From: Octopus vulgaris
Taxonomy: Eukaryota
DNA length: 64,000 bases
Reading direction: 5' to 3'
Assembly: GCA_951406725.2 (NCBI GenBank)
Contig: OX597826.1
Location: 35,278,001-35,342,000 of the forward strand
Shown here: piece after piece, positions 40,123 through 52,616 of the stretch
Layout: each line of letters starts with the position of its first letter
How positions within the stretch are numbered: position 1 is the stretch's first letter
Made by a program: the position numbers and the translations under genes
The notes under the pieces: generated by a model
Database searches by the model: none
Seen by the model: only the letters and a program-made list of their open reading frames with translations
Told to the model about the DNA's origin: nothing

Positions 40123-40680
40123 CGTAGATATGCACTCGCTCACATAAAGGGATATGTACGCGCACTCACATACATACACATATATAAAGATATCAACACT
40201 TGCATGCATATGCATACACACATGCTTGTGTGTGCATACACTTGCTTACATACACACACACACATACACATTTCTACTTACATACACACGTGCACAAACA
40301 CGCACTGACACCCATACATATAAATATATATATTGACACATATATACAAACGTATTTATGAATACATATAATATATATATATATATATATACATATATAT
40401 ACAGAAACACATACATACGCATATACCCATATGCACACAAATACGGATATGTACGTGTACTTATATACACTCGCACGCATATACACACACATATGCTCGT
40501 GTGTGCATGCACACACACAGACACACATATATATTTACTTTTGTAGGTACATACATTCATGCATTGTAAATTCGTGGACAAGCAGACATACGTACATATA
40601 TAGAGAGAAATACGACCCAATACACGTTCACATGGATAGTGGGGAAGAGGAGGAGAAGGAGAAAGCTCACTGAATTATTA

Positions 40681-41210
40681 TCATTTTACGGCACTAAATC
40701 TTGAAAATGCATTTTTGGCACGGTGGGGACACTTTGGTATTTACTCAGCATGCTTGTTTATTAAGGTTTTGTTATGTAACAGAATGCGCAAAGCTTCCTC
40801 AAGGCACAAGTCACATACGCCGGAGAGTGCAATATATTGGTGTTCATTTTTCATTATTGACCATTCAATTTCATATTATATTTTTCCACCCTTAAATATC
40901 CATATTAGGTCCGCTGGTGACGTTGCGTGTCGCCGGCTTATCTTTTGCAATGGGGAAATATAGTTGCGATAACAAACTTTGAATTGGTTTTCGGACACTC
41001 CTATGTGTGTACATGTTCTTGTGTGGTGATTGTGCATTTGTATATAAAGTTTTTTGCATGCATTGGTTCCTGAGCGAACATGCAGATTTCTTGCGACATG
41101 CTGCAATTATTTGCACATTTATTTTTGTCATTATCTGGTGACTATTTGTTTTTCAGTGTCTGAAGTGTTTTTGATGTTACAACCTGTTTGAACCCTATTA
41201 TAACTCTCAG
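40681..41210 (-). mobile_element. Penelope-like element (Naiad-type) GIY-YIG C-terminal remnant
   Basis: Frameshifted translation CSCRKKSACSLRNQC (CxCx5Cx5C), FIYKCTI..HIGVSENQFK..YRN, WSI..CDLCLEE..LINKHAE..KCPHRAK. Confidence 0.8.
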
Positions 41211-41264
41211 GGTCACTGTCTATGCTTTTGTGATCCTTATTGTGTTTCGTTTTGTTATTTACAT

Positions 41265-41354
41265 ATTGCCTGAGGAATCACAACTAGATCTCCTAATGCA
41301 GGGAAACAGTTGCATAATCAAGTACCTGCACTCCTGGAGAACAGTTGTAGTGAT
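41265..41354 (+). ncRNA. Deleted, probably inactive copy of the 38361-38466 hammerhead
   Basis: attgc-CTGAGGA-atcacaactagatctc...ggagaa|cagttg-TA-gtgat; the 3' arm of stem II and part of GAAA are missing. Confidence 0.55.
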
Positions 41355-41623
41355 TAAAGAATTAAATCTCCAACCATACCCACTCTTGTTGATTCCAATT
41401 TTTCCAATTATCTATTTACAAATGACAGAAGCCCAAATGCAAATCTGGAAGTACATAAAATACAACTACTGGATAGCACAGAATAAATCTGAAGGTGGAT
41501 GAGTTTTATACTGTACCCTACTAAGTTCTTAACAGAATATACCATAATTAAATATATATATATATAGCGAGAGAGGGAGAGAGAGAGACAGACAGACAGT
41601 AATACACAAACATACACACATAA

Positions 41624-43262
41624 TAATGTTCGTCCTTCGGGTTCGAAGATGACCACTGACATCATCTGGTGGAACTGCCGCTATGAGACCGGAGGTGGCT
41701 GGTGAGGCCAATCCAGGCAAGGAAGCCCCTCTCACATGTGGGGCAGAAGTGGGTAGGGGCCGTGTTACTGGTGCAGGCGGCTCTGGCTTTCCGCATCTGG
41801 CGTTTCTGCTCTGCTGACCGAATCCGTCCCTCCTCGGCTGTCCCTGCTCTTGCAGTGATTGCGCTGCGCCAGGATGAGCGGTCGGCAGCAAGTGTCTCCC
41901 AGGTCTCTGTGCCGATGGAGAAGTCTTTGAGAGAGACCTTGAGACTGTCCTTGAAGCGCTTCTTCTGCCCTCCGACTTTGCGTTTGCCCTGGCTGAGTTC
42001 ACCGTAGAAGAGCTGTTTTGGGATGCGAGTGTCGGACATGCGGGAGACGTGGCCCGCCCATCTCAGCTGGGCCTTGCGCATGATCGTGATGGTGCTAGGG
42101 AGATCTGCCTGCTTCAGAACTTCCGTGTCTGGGAATTTGTCCTGCCAGCAGATGTGAAGGAGGTTCCGAAGACACCTGAGGTGGAAGTGGTTTATCTGGC
42201 GCTCGTGCCTTCGGTAAGCAGTCCACGTCTCGCAGCCGTATAGTAGGGTGGTAAGCACGGCTGCCCGGTAGACTTTCAGCTTGGTGTTGAGGCTGATTCC
42301 TCTCCGCTCCCAGACTTTCTTTCGCAGTCTCCCAAACGCGCTGCTTGCCTTGGAGATGCTGCTGATGATTTCAGCATCTATGTTGGCATTGCAGGAGAGA
42401 GTGCTGCCCAGGTAGGTGAAGTTTTCCACCGCTCGTAGGATCCGTCCGTTCACCTTTATCTGAGGCTCATGGTATTGTTTGCCGGGGGCTGGCTGAAACA
42501 TCACTTCGGTTTTCTTGGCACTGATGGTGAGACCGAAGTTGTCACAGGCTGATGAGAACCTGTCCATCCCGAGCTGCATTTCCTGCTCATCGATTGCATT
42601 AAGGGCGCAGTCGTCAGCAAAGAGAAAGTCTCTGACGACTGTCTCCCTTACCTTTGTGATGGCCTGCAATCTTCTGGAGTTGAAAAGTTTCCCGTCTGTC
42701 CTGTACTTGCTGTCGATACCGGACTTGCAGTCCCTGAAGGCGTCGGACAGCATTGCCGAGAACATGATGCTGAACAGTGTTGGGGCCAGGACACCGCCCT
42801 GTCTGACTCCTTTGGTCACCTGGAAGGCTTCAGATGAATTACCGTCTTCAAGGACTCTGGCTGTCATTCCGTCGTGGAACTGGCGGACAATTGCAATAAA
42901 TTTGCTGGGGCAACCAAATTTTCCCATGACCTTCCATAGTCCGTCCCGACTGACTGTATCGAAAGCCTTGGTGAGGTCAACAAAGGTCATGCAGAGGTCA
43001 AGGTGCTGCTCCATGCATTTCTCCTGGAGCTGGCGGGCGGCGAATATCATGTCAGTGGTCCCTCGACCCGCGCGGAAGCCACACTGGCTCTCAGGGAGAA
43101 GGCCTTGCTCCAAGTGTTCCAGAAGGCGGTCAAGCAGGACTCAGGCCAGGATCTTGCCTGCTATGGACAAGAGGGAATTTCCTCGGTGGTTGTCGCAGGA
43201 CTGCCGATCTCCTTTCCGTTTATAAATGTGGACGATTGTTGCGTCCCGGAAACTCCCTCAAG
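41624..43262 (-). mobile_element. Young 5'-truncated RTE (BovB-like) LINE
   Basis: RT ORF, short 3' UTR ggtcatcttcgaacccgaaggacgaac with (att) tail, candidate TSD acacacataa (41614-41623 / 43263-43272); much more GC-rich than the flanks. Confidence 0.95.
41662..43113 (-). pseudogene. RTE reverse transcriptase ORF (483 aa open; C-terminal part of ORF2)
   Basis: PESQCGFR, FVDLTKAFDTV, GVRQGGVLAPTLF, LFADD, YLGS, QLRWAGHV and C-terminal CxxC..HxxxH; the frame continues upstream to ~43245 (DATIVHIYKRKGDRQSCDNHRG) past one TGA. Confidence 0.95.
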
Positions 43263-43409
43263 ACACACATAAACACTCAAACAACAAACATACACATGCA
43301 TATACAGAAACACTCACCCACACATAAACACACATATTTGTATATAAGTATGTATTTATGTAATGTATGTATACATATATCTGTGTATGTAGGTATTTAT
43401 ATATATAGT

Positions 43410-43701
<292 letters not shown>

Positions 43702-44663
43702 ATATGTATGTATGTATGTAAAAACACTTCCTGAGAGATGTGATGGATTAAGAAAGGTACATAACGACAGATTTATAGAAAAATTGTTCAAGAGATAAAC
43801 ATATATATTGACAAGAAAGAAATGAATAGCGTTATACAATATACAGGGGCACTTGAATATAGAGACAGATTGACAATCTGACAAGTAAAATAAACAGTTA
43901 GATCAGACCAATGGAAAAATAGGTAAATAAACTGATAGAAAGACAAACGAACACATATATATTTACAGGCAGAGATTGAGCTAGACGAGTTTAAAGTACT
44001 TTCATCACGCCCAGCATTTAAATAATGAAATTATATATTCTTGCTTTTTATTTCTTTTGCAAAAATTTTTCAATCACCAATTCATTCCATGAAGGAAAAG
44101 TTGGAAGAGAGCTTATATAATTGTTGTTGGTGTTAAGGGGTGGGAGGTTCTACATTCTTTGTTTCATTTTTCTTCTTTTAGTGACATCTTGATTGAAGAT
44201 TCTATTATAAATAAATAGTCACTAATGAGATGAATATTCAACACATATATGTATAAAAATATATATCTATATATGTTTATATGTAAGTATGTATGTATGT
44301 ATATATATATATACTTATGTGTGTATATATATATGTATATATTATATATAATATATATATATGTATATATTATATATATATATGTACATATACATACATA
44401 TGAACATATATTTATGCATATAATTAATATATATACACATACATATAAATATGTATATATATATGCTTATAAATATATGTATATAGATCTGTGTGTGTGT
44501 GTGTGTAATACACATTCATAAAATTACGCAGAAACGCAAACTCCCCAGCAGTTTATGTATATATGTATATACATGCATTATCATCATCATTATTATTATT
44601 ATTATTATTATTGTTATTTTCTTCTTCTCTTCCTCTACCCCATCCTTCTATTATTATTATTAC

Positions 44664-44720
<57 letters not shown>

Positions 44721-45261
44721 CATCATCATCATCATCATCATGTACTTACTTTCTTTAATGATCTCACTTTGTTTTTTGGATCACACACACACGAACACAC
44801 ACATACACGTCTATGTAAGCATTTATATATACATATGCACATGCACTGATGCACACGTGTATATACACATCTGTTTTTTGTGTTGTTTTTTTCTTCAATA
44901 TATATTCTTTTATTTGTTATTTTGCATATCGTTAATTATTTCTGACTTTGTTGCTGTTGTTCTTTCTTTCCCAGCTCCTTAATTAATATTGTTAAACCTC
45001 GTGGTTCATTAAGGCTAAACATTTAATATATACATGAAATTAAATTTATAAAATTTGAAAAATCCACAGAAATGAATGAATATTTTACTAATAGTTTGCC
45101 ATATTTTACCGACGGCCATTTTCTAGAACCGACAGAACTAGCGTTTTCCAGTTTGCTTCTCCATTCTTCTTTATTTCTTCAATCGTTTGCTTTATAGTTT
45201 TTCTTGTTGCCCTCCTTCAGTTTTCCACTTACTCATCCTGCTTCTCCTCCTATTATTATCC

Positions 45262-45660
45262 ATGCGGCAAGGCGGCAGAAACGTTAGCATGCCGGGCGCC
45301 ACTGCGTTCTGAGTTCAAATTCCGCCAAGGTCGACTTTGCCTTTCATCCTTTCAGAGTCGATAAATTAAGTACCAGCTACGCACTGGAGTCGATGTAATC
45401 AACCTAATCCGTTTGTTTGTCCTTGTTTGTCCCCCTCTTTGTTTAGCCCCTTGTGGGCAATAAAGAAATAAGAAACCTTAGCACATCAAGCAAAATGCTT
45501 AGTGACATTTTGTCCGTCTTCATATTTTAAGCTCAAATTCCACTGCAGTCGACTTTGCCTTTCATCCTTTCCTGGTCGATAAATTGGGTACCAGTTCAGA
45601 TGTAATCGACTAAGTCCTCTTCCTTTAAGCTTCAGTCCTTGTGCCTATAGTAGAAAGGAT
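45262..45660 (+). mobile_element. Two tandem Deu/Nin-like SINE copies
   Basis: gtcgactttgcctttcatcctttc..gtcgataaatt occurs twice (~45330 and ~45548). Confidence 0.8.
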
Positions 45661-45820
45661 CATCATCATCATCATGTACTTCATTTCTTTAATAATTTCA
45701 TTCTTTTTATCTTCATGTAAATGTTCACTTGAATTAATTTCTAGTTTTACAAACATTCTCGACCTTTCTAGTTGATATATTCTATATAATTAATTATCCA
45801 TTATTATTATTATTATTATT

Positions 45821-46120
45821 AGTTCTCTTCATCATAGGTTTTGTTGTAACTCCTGAAGTCTTCTATGCATAGCGGGCTTGCTACCAGAAGCCTAAGGTAC
45901 CATGCTATTCGTTCTTTTCAGCTATCTAATACTCTCCTGGTTATTCTGGCTATGCCAAGGAGGCAAACCTTTTGTAAAAGTTCTACTGGTGCCTTCTGAT
46001 ACACCTCCCAAAGGCCCAATAATAATTGGCACTATCTTCATTTTCCATATCCAGGCTACTTTTTACGTAAGAAGGTTGTACTTATCTATGATTTTGCCTT
46101 CCTTCTTGACTATTCGTGGT
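45821..46120 (-). mobile_element. Third R4/Dong 3' fragment
   Basis: KEGKIIDKYNLL..IWKMKIVPIIIGPLGGV..ELLQKVCLLGIARITRRVLDS*; (ATT)n on both sides. Confidence 0.7.
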
Positions 46121-46149
46121 ATTATTATTATCACTATTATTATTATTAT

Positions 46150-46355
46150 GATGGCAGTGAACTGGCAGAATCATTAGCACACTAGATGGAATGCTTCGCT
46201 GTATTCCTCCCATTGCTACATTCTGACTTTAAGTTTGCCAAGGCGAATTTGCTTTCCATCCTTCGGAGTTGATAAATTAAGTTCCAGTTGAGTACTGGGA
46301 TCAATGTAAACCCTTCACCCACATTTCAGGAACTGTGCCTATAGTAGTAAGGATT
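46150..46355 (+). mobile_element. Diverged Deu/Nin-like SINE
   Basis: gaactggcagaatcattagcac...catccttcggagttgataaattaagttccag. Confidence 0.65.
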
Positions 46356-46369
46356 AATATTATTATTAT

Positions 46370-46748
46370 TACCTCTGCCTTAGTGAAGGCAGGCGTATTG
46401 TTTTCAGTCACGTTTGTTTGCCTGTATGTGTGTTTGTTTGTCCGTGGACAAAATATATCTCAAGAACCACTGGATAGATTCGAATGAGACTTTCAGGGAT
46501 GTTTGGCCACGGGACAGGTGTGAACTGTTTAGATTTTGTGATTGATCCGGTACTGGATAAGGATTTTGGATTATTTTCCGGCTTTTTTACTTAATATTTT
46601 AGAGTGGACTCGTTGATTTATAGTATTCCTGCTTGTGAGAGTCGTGTTTATTTCAGATATTCTCATTTTAAAAATCATCTCTGGCTAATAGTTGAGAGGA
46701 CGTTGGTGTTGCCTTGGCAGAGGTTTGCGCTCTCTGAGTGCTCTTGTT
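46370..46748 (+). mobile_element. Non-autonomous Helentron (HINE), second copy
   Basis: Perfect subTIR acctctgcc (46371) / ggcagaggt (46716), 3' hairpin gcgctc-tct-gagtgc; homologous to 12441-12802. Confidence 0.75.
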
Positions 46749-46815
46749 ATTATTGTTGTAGCTGTTTTTGTTGTCATCATCATCATCATCATTATTTTTA
46801 TTATTATTATTATTA

Positions 46816-46880
<65 letters not shown>

Positions 46881-46882
<2 letters not shown>

Positions 46883-47085
46883 GGCGGCAAGTTGGCTGAA
46901 TCGTTAGCATGCCAGACTTAGGGTCCATCTTCACGCTTTAAGATCACGTTTCGTTAAGGTCGACTTTACCTTTCATCCTTTACCTTTCATCAATAAATTA
47001 AGCACCAGTGAAACACTGACATCCATGCAATCGACTTGTCCCCTCTCCTTAAATTTCAGGCCTTGGGCCTTCAGTAGAAAAGATT
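46881..47085 (+). mobile_element. Deu/Nin-like SINE
   Basis: aggcggcaagttggctgaatcgttagcatgcc...ggtcgactttacctttcatcc. Confidence 0.7.
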
Positions 47086-47445
47086 ATTATTATTCAGCAA
47101 CGTTTGTGTTTTACTATAATATGGTTGTTTTATGAAGAACTATGTCTTCACATTTTAACCCCAGGGAAACAATTTTCCAGCTGGTTTACGATAAAACGTA
47201 TGTCCGCGATAATATGAGTGAAGGAGCGAATCACTCCCCTCCAGCTTGGCAAGGCCAGTAGACCATGATTTCTGGGTCTTTACCCTTAGCCTCCCATGTA
47301 AATTACTAAATTTCTTTAGCCATTACCCTTGAACCAAATCTAGTCCTGGGCCCTTCCAATTCACACTGACAGACTTCCTTTAGCGATTAACTGGCTCCGA
47401 AATTTCGCTGGCATTTCAAAAGTGTTGAATGAAAGTTACCAGTAT

Positions 47446-47862
47446 AGGCGCAGGAGTGGCTGTGTGGTAAGTAGCGTGTTTACCAACCACATGGTTCCGG
47501 GTTCAGTCCCATTGCGTGGCACCTTGGGCAAGTGTCTTCTACTATAGCCTCGGGCCGACCAAAGCCTTGTGAGTGGATTTGGTAGACGGAAACTGAAAGA
47601 AGCCCGTCGTATATATGTATATGTATGTATATGTGTGTGCGTGTATGTTTGTGTTTGTCCCCCTATCATTGCTTGACAACCGATGCTGGTGTGTTTATGT
47701 CCCCGTCACTTAGCGGTTCGGCAAAAGAGACCGATAGAATAAGTACTGGGCTTACAAAGAATAAGTCCCGAGGTCGAGTTGCTCGATTAAAGGCGGTGCT
47801 CCAGCATGGCCGCAGTCAAATGACTGAAACAAGTAAAAGAGAAAAAGAGTAAAAAAAGAGTA
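47446..47862 (+). mobile_element. Full-length young OR2-like SINE
   Basis: ggcgcaggagtggctgtgtggtaag (A box), gggttcagtccc (B box), accttgggcaagt (CORE-like), A-rich tail. Confidence 0.92.
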
Positions 47863-48299
47863 TGTGGCAACAAAATATCCTTGTTTCAAACAGATATTTT
47901 CTCCACCACCTATTGTAGCCTTTAGACGCAATAAGAAAGTAAGAGAATTATTTACCCCTATTTCTCACTCCAAGAAAACGAACATTGGAGTATCTGCACG
48001 CTGTACCTTGAAAAAACAACCTCAAGAGAAGTAATCCCTGTTCATTGTGCAACAACATGAGTGAAGTGAATTCCACCAGGAATCATAACAGAAATGTCAT
48101 GATTCATTCAGAAGGTGGGACATATAGAGATCCCCATTTGGTGTACGTGGCAGGATGCTTCAATGGTATCATAGTTCTGCCATGCAAGACTAGAAACTGA
48201 AGTTTACATTGGCGTTATGTGAAATCTCATTCTGACAGCGTAACGCGAATATGGAGCATATATTCTGGCATTCTACTCAGTCAGATGTCAAGCAAAAAG

Positions 48300-48578
48300 A
48301 AAATAGATGAGGACGCGGATGAGGAAGGAAAGAAGAAGAGGAAGAAGAATATGATGATGATGATGATGATGATGATGATAATGAGTTGGAGGAATAATCG
48401 GAAAGGGACACGAAGGAGAAAATGGAAGATGGAGAGAATGAGGCTGAGCTGAAGAGGAAGAGTGATGGAAAGAGAACATGACAATGAGAGGAAGGGTGAA
48501 ATAGAAGTAGCAGCAGCAGCAGTAGTAGTAAAAGTAGCAGCAGCAGTAGGAGGAGGAGTGGTGGTGCTGGTGGTGGTG

Positions 48579-48642
<64 letters not shown>

Positions 48643-48645
48643 CAT

Positions 48646-48681
<36 letters not shown>

Positions 48682-48856
48682 CGGCAGTAGTAGTAGTAGT
48701 GGCAGTAGTAGTAGGATGAGAAGGAGGATTGGTGGTGGTGCTGGTAGTAGTAGAAGAAGAAGAAGAAGAAGAAGAAGAAGAAGAAGAAGAAGAAGAAGAA
48801 GAAGAAGAAGAAGAAGAAGAAGAAGAAGAAGAAGAAGAAGAAGAAGAAGAAAGAAG
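48300..48856. repeat. Compound (GAT)n/(GTA)n/(GAA)n trinucleotide tract
   Basis: Directly visible; long pure (GAA)n at ~48773-48850. Confidence 0.95.
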
Positions 48857-49989
48857 TGGTGGTGTTACTGAAGGATTCTCATTTGCGTTACATTTCTAAG
48901 ACAAGTTGCGAGGAGAAAGGAATGAAAAGCAGAAGATTAGAAAGAAACACTGAGGAGCGAAATGAATGCAAAACAGAAGTCATTATCAATACGGTTAGTG
49001 TAGAATTAATAAACTACAGCAAAACATTAATATACTAAGTTTACCATTAATGTAAGCTATATCTTTAAAGCTAGAGCAATATTATAAAAAGAGAAATATC
49101 AGAAAGAATATTGGCAGCATTTAGATGCAGAACAGTTATATTTGACATAACTTGGAGCAAAAGAAAGCAAGGGAAAAAAAAAAAAGGTTTCGGTATAAGC
49201 AGAAAACTATAAAATCTGTAGAAGCATATCTATATAAATGCCACAAAGAATTCGAATATAAATCTTTTACAAATAGCAACAGAACATAAAAAGGCAATCA
49301 TGTTCTCTCTATATTTGTGGGGCTAATAAATAGAGAATATATAAACTGGTGCTATAGTAGAAGGGAGAAAGAAAAACGAAAACACAAAATGCAACAGCGT
49401 AAAAGGGGAAAAATTATTGTGCTAAACAAATCGTAGGGTAAATTGTTACAGTAAATGTCTTATCAGACTTTCGCGTATATCTAGTTCTTGCTCGTTGCAG
49501 TTTCTATTTCTTTCTCTTAGCGTTTGTATCAATTTTTATTTGATATGTCTAAGTCATTCGTTTCTTGAGATTATTATTGACATCTCAACATATCTTCTTA
49601 TTTCGTGCGTATATGAAACTGGTTTTTACCCTACAACGCTTAACTCTAGCTAAACGAGTCTTTAGAAGTTACATAACCTACGTTACTACTAGCAATCTCA
49701 CTCAAGTGACGCCTCAGACAGGCAATTACAACGACCTCTGTTCTTCTGAATTAGCAAGCAGCATATCATCTCCATCCCAGCCATTGGAATAACCTGTCTG
49801 TCCTCACTTCATCGTTAGTCTCTATGTTATTCAGATCGTATGTCTCATACTTTACAACCATTATTCTTCAGATCGATTTCTTATATATTTTAACATTAAT
49901 GTTTCTACTTGCGCGCACACTCACACACACGTCTTTGTATGTATGTACTATGTAAGTATGCATGCACGCATGTACGTGTGTGTCATTAC

Positions 49990-50090
49990 TGAGCTTTATT
50001 TCAAGATTTCTTGCCAATAAAGATTCGGTTTCTAATCTCAATGCAAGGCTCCTCCATTGAAATTTCAACATCAACAATTGGGTATTTTTA
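49990..50090 (-). mobile_element. Second copy of the ~100 bp repeat at 3290-3393
   Basis: tttatttcaagatttcttgccaat...ggtttctaa...caaggct...aatttcaac...gggtatttt. Confidence 0.55.
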
Positions 50091-50399
50091 CTGTTCCAGT
50101 GATAGATTGAATTTGTAATCTTCGCATACATATGCATGTATGTATCTATGTATTATTTAGAGAGAATAGGCCACAACATATAACTCACAGCAGCCAGCTG
50201 CATATATTTGAAAATCATAGACAAATGCAGGTATATTGAATATCACACAAAATGAATTCTTGAAATGCCCTGTCTGAAACGCTCCTTGATCGATATGAGC
50301 GAATACGTTTTATAAATTCTATAATTTGTAGTTCTTCATCCATCGTGGATTATTGCTAGCAGAAACATGTTTAATTGATATGAAAGCAAAGCTATAACC

Positions 50400-50750
50400 G
50401 TATGCTCCATTATACTTTCTCATACTATATAGCAGAGGTCATTATGTAGCAAGCATCCGGCCGGTTCCTTTGCCTTGAATATATATTTGATAACTTCCTG
50501 CCAGTAGTCCTCGACGTGATGTGTGTCTATTCCTCAGACAAAACAGCATAACTCACCCAGAATATTATAAAGAGGTATTTTAATGAAGAATAGATAAAAT
50601 TAGGATATCAACAATCGTTTCCAACACAATCATGGTGCATCCTCAGCAATCAATTGTAATCATCCGTCAACTCGTATCTTTCTTTTATCTGTCGTGGTAG
50701 GGAGTAAGGTATATTCCACATGGATATCATTGGAACACAGGGGGTAAATA
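50400..50750 (-). pseudogene. Possible very old Merlin/IS1595-like transposase remnant
   Basis: GIDTHHVEDYWQEVIK resembles the HTNxIExxW motif; little other support. Confidence 0.25.
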
Positions 50751-50799
50751 GACTTAACTAAATACAAGCAGTCTACAATTTCTGCTAGTCTTTCTATAA

Positions 50800-50948
50800 T
50801 ACTCTTTACTCTTTTACTCTTTTACTTGTTTCAGTCATTTGACCACGGCCATGCTGGAGCACCGCCTTTAGTCGAGCAAATCGACCCCGGGACTTATTCT
50901 TTGTAAGCCCAGTACTTATTCAATCGGTCTCTTTAGCCGAACCGCTAA
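50800..50948 (-). mobile_element. 3' part of OR2-like SINE (young)
   Basis: Near-exact reverse complement of ~47710-47850. Confidence 0.85.
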
Positions 50949-51009
50949 ATAATATAAATATATTATGATAATGTTAATAGTAATTATAATATAATAAGCC
51001 TGTCTGTGA

Positions 51010-51310
51010 AAGGCATAAGGCCTGAAATTTTGGGTGGAATCTGAACTCGAAACGTAGCGACAGGCAAATTATACTAAGCATTTCGCCCGGCATGCTAACG
51101 AGTCTGCCAGCTCACCACCTTTTTATACAATAATATTAATAATAATTATGATGATTCCTTTACATTTTGAGTTCAAATTCCACCCAGGTTGACTTTACCT
51201 TTCATCCTTTTGGGGTCGATAAATTAAGTACAAGTTGTGTACTGGGGTTATTCTAATTGACTGGTCCCCGCCCCCAAAATTTCAGGCTTTGTGCCTAGAG
51301 TAGAAAAGAA
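51010..51310. mobile_element. Two partial Deu/Nin-like SINEs in opposite orientations
   Basis: Minus copy ~51010-51120 and plus copy ~51160-51310. Confidence 0.7.
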
Positions 51311-52340
51311 TAATTATAATGATTCCTCTGCGAGTATATCTATGTATGTTACCAAAACACTAAATAATGTTTTCTGTTTGTCAAAACTCAAAATATATTA
51401 AAAATTCCAAACTTGGTATAGTTTAATATAAATTATACAGACCATCTTCTCTCAAATTCAGCACCACACTCTCTCCAACTTTCATAAAGTGGTATCAACC
51501 ATCCCTTTATTTCCTGTCTCTATTTTTGAACCCAGATTTTCTTCTTTCTCCCTTCCGAGTTCCATTTTGATTTATCTTGTTGGCCGTCATGTTTCCACTT
51601 CATAACGATATCAATTTAATCTTTGATTTATAACAATTATCATTTTATTTTTGAAATATATTTAATATCTTGCACATTTCTCTAATTTATGATTTTTATA
51701 TTATTTATCTTTTTTTTAAATTTCAGTATTTGTTGATCTCCAGCTTCCAAATAAATATTTACATGTTATTTCACTAATTTTTTGTTTTATTTTCAATAAC
51801 ATTCTATATTAGTTATATTCCCATCCACTTCAATTTTTCTTACAGATACTCACAAACATACTTTGCTTATACCATTCCTATAAAAGTTTAAGAAAATGTA
51901 GTGAGTGTCAAGAAAGCGATTTGTCTTTAATTATTTTCCTGTTTATTTACTTCAATTCCATATTGAAAATGTTGAATAGAATAAATAGGCGGAGGTAACA
52001 GCATGTATACTATGTTTTAAGGGAATTTTGGCTGCTATGAGGGATGCCCTACTGGCCCTTTCGTGTTATGTCAGTGACAGTTGATGCAAAAATCTAATTA
52101 GACAAATTGTCATATGTAGTGTAAAATGAGTGGGAGTAAATGCAATTTTAGATGTTTAACCATTTTGGCAATTTTAACACAAACCTTATTGAATTAAATA
52201 ATACTTTTTCGTTAAATATTGACCCAAAGGCATTTGAATTTAATACCAAATTTCAGATAAAGTTTCAACACCTGCAACACATTTAATAAAACGAAACTAA
52301 GAGAATTAGATAGATAGTACATACATACATACATACATTA

Positions 52341-52616
52341 TGGCTGTCCCCTAGTTATCGAGTATGGCCATTGCACGAAGCTTAAATGTTACTGGTGCTG
52401 TGATCGAATGTGACTTTTTAGCCCAGCTAAAGATCTACAATGTCTTGTACAGAATTGGCAACTAATACCTTTACCGGTAATAGCCCGCTGTAGTTGTAAC
52501 TGGGCTTCATGTACCTTTGCATGTCGTTTAAGTCCTCCTGCCGAATCACACTCTCTTCCACATGCCCGACAGATATGTTTAGTATGGTGTGTTACACCAC
52601 CACCAGTGGTGTAACA
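52341..52616 (-). mobile_element. Short RTE-like LINE 3' end encoding two C2H2 zinc fingers
   Basis: HICRACGRECDSAGGLKRHAKVH and CQFCTRHCRSLAGLKSHIRSQH*, then a short RTE-like UTR; inserted in (TACA)n. Confidence 0.75.

Noticed and set aside
38305-41420. A single symmetrical composite element (hammerhead-EN-EN-hammerhead)
   Set aside because: The two endonucleases are different types and the plus-strand one has its own downstream hammerhead, so independent insertions are more parsimonious
41529-43272. Overlapping ORFs (157, 101, 236 and 89 aa) around the RT
   Set aside because: Alternative-frame and antisense shadows of a GC-rich coding sequence
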